This document shows, in pieces, positions 57,440 to 64,000 of a stretch of 64,000 bases of DNA. A model generated the notes under the pieces. It was not told the origin of the DNA, did no database searches, and was given only the letters and a program-made list of their open reading frames with translations. Source of the stretch: Utricularia gibba (lineage: Eukaryota; Plantae; Magnoliophyta); NCBI GenBank assembly GCA_002189035.1, contig NEEC01000010.1, forward strand, positions 2,604,001 through 2,668,000, read 5' to 3'. The first letter of the stretch is position 1. Each line of letters opens with the position of its first letter. Made by a program: the position numbers and the translations under genes.

Positions 57440-59134
57440 ATGCATCTCTTTGTTCCTGATCCTCAGAAATTTACCAACGTTGAGCCGTGAGAGTGCATTT
57501 TTTTCTGAGTTTTTTCCCGTGATCGCTAATGGGTTCCTGATATGGGGTCTTTTGTTTTTTTTACGCTAGAAATGGAGGGGAGATTAGTGAGTTGGTGTGC
57601 ATTAATGGGCGCGTGGTGGCGCAGAATTTGAAGAGCGCCGCCGCCTGCGAGCAGGCGAGTTTTTTTACGGATGAGGATGGGTGGCCGCCGTGGATGACGT
57701 CTCCGGCTGACGATCCTTTCGATGCCCGCGCTGCTGCTATTCCTGCTCCACTAACTCCGTCGTATCCGGTAATGGAGTTTCCGCAATTTGTTTCCAAGCA
57801 GTCTGAAAACTCGATGAGATGGAGAAATTTTTCGCATTTCTGGGGGCTTCGGAAGCCCCCTAAGCTCGTGGCAAAGACTCCTGTTCCAGAAGCAATCGTA
57901 TCCACTGTCGTCGAATCCAACGAAACGCCGTTTGGACGCGAAGACCCAACCCATACCTCTTCTCCTGGAAGAACGCCGCCTGCTAGCGGAGCCAACCAGA
58001 ATCTCAAGCACAATCGGCCGGAAAAGACGCGCCTACCCGCCTCGGAGACTCGAATAAGAAAGGAAAGGGACGGCGAAGATGCCGATTACCTTAACGAGGT
58101 GACTATGGTACTCAACAAAAGTATATACTTAGGTGTTCGAAACGAATCGTATTATCGCACGCTCTGAAATGATCTCGTATTTCGGCATAACAATCAAACG
58201 AGCCCCATGTCGTGCTCTGTGTACAGGAAGGTGAAGCTGGTGGTTCAGAATCTACCAAAAGATTTCATAGGTTATGCAAGCGATCTCGTTCAGCAGAGGT
58301 TCATAATCTCGCAGAAAGGGTTCGATCTCATCGAATTCATCCTTACACAGATGTTTCCAGAACTACAGCCCCTTAAGCTAACGATGTTACCAATGCAGAA
58401 ACGTCGTGACCGAATCAAGGAGAAGATGAAAGAACTTCAACAGCTCATCCCCTGCAGCAACAATGTGTTTGATCTTCACACAGAACTGCTCTCTCTGTGC
58501 ATACCTATGTGCACCATGCAACTAATTTTCCTGTTTTTATGTTGTTGAGATCAGGTGGATAAAGCTTCATTGTTGGATGACGCAATTCAGTATATCAAAT
58601 CACTCCAGCTTCAACTACAGGTTCATCACCATCTTCACAAATTGTCAAAAGAAAAATCATTTGACTTATGACAGTGAATGATAGTTTCGAACAAATTTTG
58701 TTTAACTGTGAAGGGTTGTGATGAAATTCATGGTGCTTTTGTCATATTCCGTTTCTTTCATACAGATGATGAGCATGGTGTGCGGCATGGTTCCAATGAT
58801 GTACTCAGGGATGCAGCCGTGCATGCCTCTCTGTGGAATGGCGATGGGAATGGGTATGAACCAACCTATTCCGCCGTATACACCGACGGTCCCCAGCTTG
58901 TCTCGGCCGTGTCCGGCTGCCGCCACCCATATCGGCCCTATGTGTCAGATACTGCATCCATTTCAACTGCAGCAGGTGTCGGTGTCGGATACTTCGATTA
59001 TTCAAGCAGGGAACCAGACTGACAGGCCGCCTGTGCTGAGTATTTCCACGGCTGATGCGTATCAGCAACCCTGTAGTGGAATTAACACAATCACAGCTCC
59101 TGCGACTGCAGGAAATGGGACACAGGCTTCATGA
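57440..59134 (+). CDS. PIF1: PIF1-like bHLH transcription factor, divergent
   Basis: Exons 57440-57486, 57570-58098, 58227-58319, 58399-58464, 58555-58620, 58766-59134. MHLFVPD start, NFSHF, STVVESNETP, TSSPG, bHLH KRSRSAEVHNLAERKRRDRI...DKASLLDDAI, tail MAMGMGMNQPIPP; all align to PIF1 landmarks. Confidence 0.85.
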
Positions 59135-59410
59135 CGCAAGAAGGACAACGAGCATGCATGAGAATCGAAAGGATAAAAACATTGGAAAAGAAAAGAAGAT
59201 GCTGCAAGAATCAGGGCATAGTCTTCCCAGGCACTTGAATGGACAATGCAAGTTAATTTACAATATGGAATCCAGCGTTTAGTTCTTCATGTTGAAAAAT
59301 GGAAAAGAAAAAGCTTGTCAGTGAGAATCATTCCCCATGGATCGGCTGGTTTGAGAGCTTCCACTGTGTGGCTTCATCTCATGTTCAGGTGCAAAAGCAA
59401 CAAATAGAGA

Positions 59411-59775
59411 ACTGGTAGGCCATGAATGGCGATGCACCATTAAAGAGGGAACATTGAAGCATTCACCTAACTTTTCTCGGAGCTCTGCCTTTCTCACTGT
59501 GTCTATCTCATATTTTTATCAGCTAAATAGAATAGGAGGCAAATAAAAATGCACACCTTGGCGTCGACAAGTTAACTTCACCATTTGTCGGGGATGAGAT
59601 CCTACCACAAGCAAAAAACGAGGGGTACAAAGCACCTGAGCTTCAGAGCATGAAGAAAAGTATTCCCAGGATTGATGTACATGCATATGGAATAATACTA
59701 CTCCTTGAGATCCTATTAGGGAAAAGGCCAGAAAGGGGTTTGCAAAACAAGGAGTGGAAGTGTACTCCCATTTGA
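59411..59775 (+). pseudogene. TMKL1: Relic of TMKL1 (transmembrane kinase-like 1) kinase domain
   Basis: 59560-59730 reads GVDKLTSPFVGDEILPQAKNEGYKAPELQSMKKSIPRIDVHAYGIILLLEILLGKRP, matching TMKL1-type GLDKLM.PAVADEIV..AK.DGYKAPEL..MKKC..R.DVYAFGILLLEIL.GKKP. It has no start codon, an in-frame TAG at 59533-59535, and only scraps upstream (KEGTLK, QLNRI). Confidence 0.75.
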
Positions 59776-60062
59776 TGTTGATTATTACATAGAATAGAAT
59801 TATATGCTGTAGTTAAAACCTGCTAGCTCGCAAATCAGTTTGTCTGTGAATTCAGGGCCGTTTAGGCACTGTTTGAACAAGTAAAACTGTTACATTGATC
59901 TCCACTTCTCTTCAGTAAGAAGCAGGTCTCAGAAATAACACAGGAATTCGGCAGATATCACCGGGCAAACAATATATATACTCACCGTGTGTATGAATAT
60001 TTGATCCCAACTGTTCATCTCTTTCAGACATGATTCAAGCGAAGCGCATGCTTATCGATCAA

Positions 60063-61701
60063 TCAACACTGTGCGCCTTCACGGCAACCAAGGGCTCCAG
60101 CTCCGGAGGTCAGAGTTGCAACCAAAGATGATGATTTTGCAGCTAGACTAGAAGCTCGAGCGTAGCTCGTGGCTGCTGAGCCGCCGGAGGGGATAAAATA
60201 GGCTCCATTTAACATAAGATCACCCTCCGATCTCCAGTTCCATCCCTTCCAAATGCCATTTCCAGCATTCACTCTATGAGTCACCTGCAACATGGATGAA
60301 ACATACACATGTCGTAAGGGTGTTTTCTTGTTCCTTTATTCGCCTGAAAGCTGAGGAGCCAACCTCCTTAGCGAAGGGGTTGAACGGAGCCAGATATCTA
60401 TTGCCTTGGCTGTTGATGGTGGGATCAGCACTGCCTCCAATGGCATACATTTCCCAGTGGGTGTAATCATTGTTCACAACATGGAAATACCCATGTCTAC
60501 ACCTGCATTCGTTATCACAAAAATCAGCTTTTCTGTTGCATTCGTATGCGTTGTATCACATCAGTTAAACCATACCTCGGCATCCTCTGGATCAGGCCTT
60601 CTCCAAAATGGTTGAAGGCAATTGTTGCCTGCATACCCTTGTCTCTAGTATAGGAATCACTATGCCCAACAGCATCACCTGCTCAATGAAGTACCTTCAC
60701 CTGCCCTGCAACCCCAATCTCTAAATAGAGCAGAAATATCGTACCTCGTTGTGATTAGTGAAGTAATTGTTCGTAATCGTGATCGCAGTCGACCCCATGA
60801 TGACGTCGATTAGGCCATCGGCGCAGCTGGAGAAGGAATTATGATCGATCCAAATGTAACTCGAACCAAATACTGAAATCGCATCGCCATCCGCCATCGT
60901 CCTCCACCCGTAGTGCTCCGGCGTGCTCCGGACCATCGCATTCCCCGTGGGCTTGCAGTCATGTATATGGAGCCCGTGGATGATAATATTGGTCACGAAT
61001 TGAATAGTGATGCACGCTCCATTCGCAATGTGCACATTAGCTCCACGAGCGTCGATCGTCTTGAAACTGTTCATGATTAGCTCCTGCTTCAATGTGATCA
61101 CCATGTCTCGCTTGAAGACGATCCAGAGAGGAACGTCCTGGATCACGGCGTGGCGCAGGGTTCCCGGGCGCGGGTTCACCGGATCATCATCCCCTGGATC
61201 CTCAACCACGTAGAATCGACCGTCACGTCCCCCCACAGCATTGCGGCCGAATCCGATGGAGCAATCGGCGAGGCGGCGACGGTGCCGGATCCAATTCGGG
61301 TCGCATCGCCAACAGTCGTCTATCGGGTTCCCCGTACCACATGAGAAGTATCCCAATTTCCTCCTATCGGTTCCATTGTGCCTGAATATATATATTTCAA
61401 TTAATTAGTTATTACTTTTAATAAAATTAAGAAAAACAGCTACAAAAAAATGAAGGTACGGGCCCACATGGAGGCCCAGTTGGCTGGGTGGGTAAAGATG
61501 ACACCCCATTTAATCCATTGATTTAAAGTGTTGTTTTAATGACAAATGTTCAACAAATAATTTTATTACCAAATAAAATAATTTATAAATATATGATCAT
61601 TTTTTTCACACAATGTTTGACATATGATCAATTTTCTAGTTTTTCCGGGATCATGGGAGGCACCAAAATTAGGTAGTAACGAATTTATTGGGATAAGCAA
61701 A

Positions 61702-61733
<32 letters not shown>

Positions 61734-62309
61734 GAACCAGACTAAATGCTTAGCCATGTTAGGTACTAAATGGTTAGGCGTACGGACACCATGTGCGGAT
61801 GCTAACCATGAATAGTTAATAATTAGTGGGAAAGGGACTCACATGTCAACTACGGCGCCATCGACTGTTTCTGGATCTGGTTTCCCTGCTGCTGCCCTGC
61901 GATGCTCGCCTTTTTCTTGGAGCCTGCGGGTTCACAAAATGCGTGATGCAGTGCAGGTACGGATTCGAAGGCCAAGGCATTCGATCCATGCGGATTCTGT
62001 TACAGATCAAACATTGAGAAATGCAGCCGCAGCCCTACCTTTCCGCCAGAGTCGAGTTTCTGAAACTCCGCGGCAACCTCATCGGTTCGTCCCTGTAACA
62101 ACGATCACCGCAAATTCTCATACATTCGAGTACAGAACAGAGTAAAACTAGTCAATTACTATTCTTCGTGCTTCCATTGGCAGATAATGCGCGATCAGAA
62201 AAACACGAATTGGTAGCGGTGTGTACCTCGCTGCGGCGTTCCCCATTCCGAGCAACGGCTCGGCGATGAACAAGATCAAAACGAGGAAAAATGCGTGCGA
62301 AACCTCCAT
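60063..62309 (-). CDS. Pectate lyase (PL1 family, At3g24670/At1g04680-like)
   Basis: Seven exons: 62309-62227, 62092-62039, 61923-61843, 61381-60745, 60678-60576, 60502-60364, 60284-60063. Signal peptide, [39 protein letters not shown]. Confidence 0.93.
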
Positions 62310-62939
62310 GGATCGCAAAGAAGGACCTCCGTGAGTAACTCAATTGAACTCCGGAGGAAGAAGACGGAGGAGGAGAGGAAGGCAATCAATCGAGTGAATG
62401 GAAAGGAAGAAGGCAAATACATTATATATATATAAGATAATAAAATCACTATTAAACTATTTTTTTACTAAAACAAAAATGTAGGAATGATTTTAACTTT
62501 TTTTTAGATGATTATATGGGGAGATAAAATAAGTGGGGATTATTAATAAATTAGGGGAACATTTATAATGTAGAGACTTGAATACACATGGCTTGTACTG
62601 GAGGGAAAAGTGACATGTGAGGACATGTGATGTGGTTTGGTCTTAATTGAAACCATTTCATACTAAAGTGACATACTCTTATTACATGGGTTAGACACTT
62701 TCATGGGTTCAGTTGGTGGTTCCAACGGTGGTCCTTCCAGTGTTTTCACCCATCATTTTTAAGATTTTATTTAATAATTTTTATTAAAAAAATATTTTTA
62801 TTTAACCTACTATAAAAGAGTTTTAAATCAGAAATAAATCGAAGAATTTATTAAATCCGATTTTAAAATACTAGATTTCGGTAATAGTCACGTAGGACAA
62901 TAGTTTGATGACCTTTAACTATGATGGATTTTAATCTCT

Positions 62940-62946
<7 letters not shown>

Positions 62947-62984
<38 letters not shown>
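62947..62984. repeat. (AT)19 microsatellite
   Basis: Perfect AT dinucleotide run read directly. Confidence 0.95.
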
Positions 62985-62988
<4 letters not shown>

Positions 62989-63797
62989 TTCAAACCAATA
63001 AATCACTTTATTAATGCATAATATTATTTACTTCCAATACCCAATCTTTATGATTTTACGTTCTTTTTTTTAGAAAAAAAAATTCATACAAGATTAAATA
63101 ATATCATTTTATATAAACTCTCACATCATCACGTTCATAACTAATGTGAAGTTTACTTAAGATCCTTATACCCTTCTTTGGCAGCCTCCTTAAAAATTCA
63201 ACATCCTCATTGAAGTATAATCCAACAGTGGTTATAGGCCCAGATATGGTTCTAATATCAAAGTAAACACTCATCATCTCCTTACATAATATTTTTCATT
63301 TTGGGCACTTTATCCTTTATATAAATGTATGATTTAATGAATTTAATGGTGGTATGAAGTCACTAGACAAAAATCTATGATTAAAAAATATTCACATTTT
63401 ACTTTTAATTTATTTTATTTCTAAATATTAAAAATTAAAAGGAACGCAAAAAAGACGAATTAATTATATGGGAGATCATGGGGGGTTAGTGCCACACGCT
63501 TTATGCTGGTGGGCCGTGTCACGGTTGCCGTAGGGCACGGATTAGGCAGGACGTCCTTATAATTTTTATTTGACGTGTCCCACCGACGAAACGGCCACGT
63601 CCCGTGTCCTCCATCGCTATTAAGCACTCTATCAATTTGGTATTTATGAGAAGGGATGCATGGTACACAAAAACGATTTTAATAATCTAAACGAAACAAA
63701 TTCAGAATATTTTTTATTTTTTTATTTCAAAAGCAAATTATTGAAAGCATAACGCGCTCTGGATTTGTAATACTAAAAAAACATAAAAAGGAAAGTT

Positions 63798-63882
63798 TGG
63801 GGTGAAAGAGGATCGAACTCTCGACCTCAAGATAACTCAGAAGCTATGAGACCTACGCACTAGCCAACTGCGCCACCACCCC
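63798..63882 (-). tRNA. Elongator tRNA-Met (CAT), intron-containing, with three stem C-to-T changes
   Basis: GGGGTGGTGGCGCAGTTGGCTAGTGCGTAGGTCTCATA[GCTTCTGAGTT]ATCTTGAGGTCGAGAGTTCGATCCTCTTTCACCCCA, with an 11-nt intron at 63834-63844 and a downstream T-run terminator. Confidence 0.9.
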
Positions 63883-64000
63883 ATTTTTGTTGACATTAAT
63901 TTATGTTTTAGTAAAGTCTCTATGATTTGAAATATCTATTTCCTTTATGGTTCATCGCTACGCTTTCATCAAAGTGAAAGCTGCTCTGAGAAGCAGTATT

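Noticed and set aside
61961-61996. 36-nt phase-compatible micro-exon in pectate lyase intron 2
   Set aside because: It would leave flanking introns of only 42 and 37 nt, and the peptide has no homology. A single 115-nt intron is simpler.

Overview
Gene-dense eudicot nuclear DNA, not prokaryotic: no CRISPR array and no intact transposon ORF. It holds 19 spliced or single-exon protein genes, one decayed gene relic and two tRNA genes in 64 kb, with most introns about 70-120 nt. The 11S globulin resembles sesame-type (Lamiales) proteins and the density is about one gene per 3 kb, which suggests a compact Lamiales genome such as Lentibulariaceae (inference only). Gene order: YL1/RF2-like (5' partial), TET2, RPS30, SULTR3, OSB, TBL33-like, ERF12-like, tRNA-Gly, PHT1, 11S globulin, ABCI19/21, CK1-like, VPS2.3, PCS, PSAT1, MIK2-like LRR-RLK, TRM (DUF3741/DUF4378), GDSL lipase, PIF1, TMKL1 relic, pectate lyase, tRNA-Met. 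I found no wholly new biological system. The strongest leads are signs of gene erosion or specialisation: (1) a PIF1 whose phyB-binding APB motif is degenerate; (2) a deletion-riddled TMKL1 relic; (3) a TRM with an eroded M3 motif; (4) four single-base frameshifts confined to the two anion transporters, which may be real pseudogenisation or homopolymer assembly errors; (5) an as-1/ocs element plus P1BS in the phytochelatin synthase promoter. Homology calls rest on motifs recalled from memory, not database searches. Exon boundaries were read by hand.
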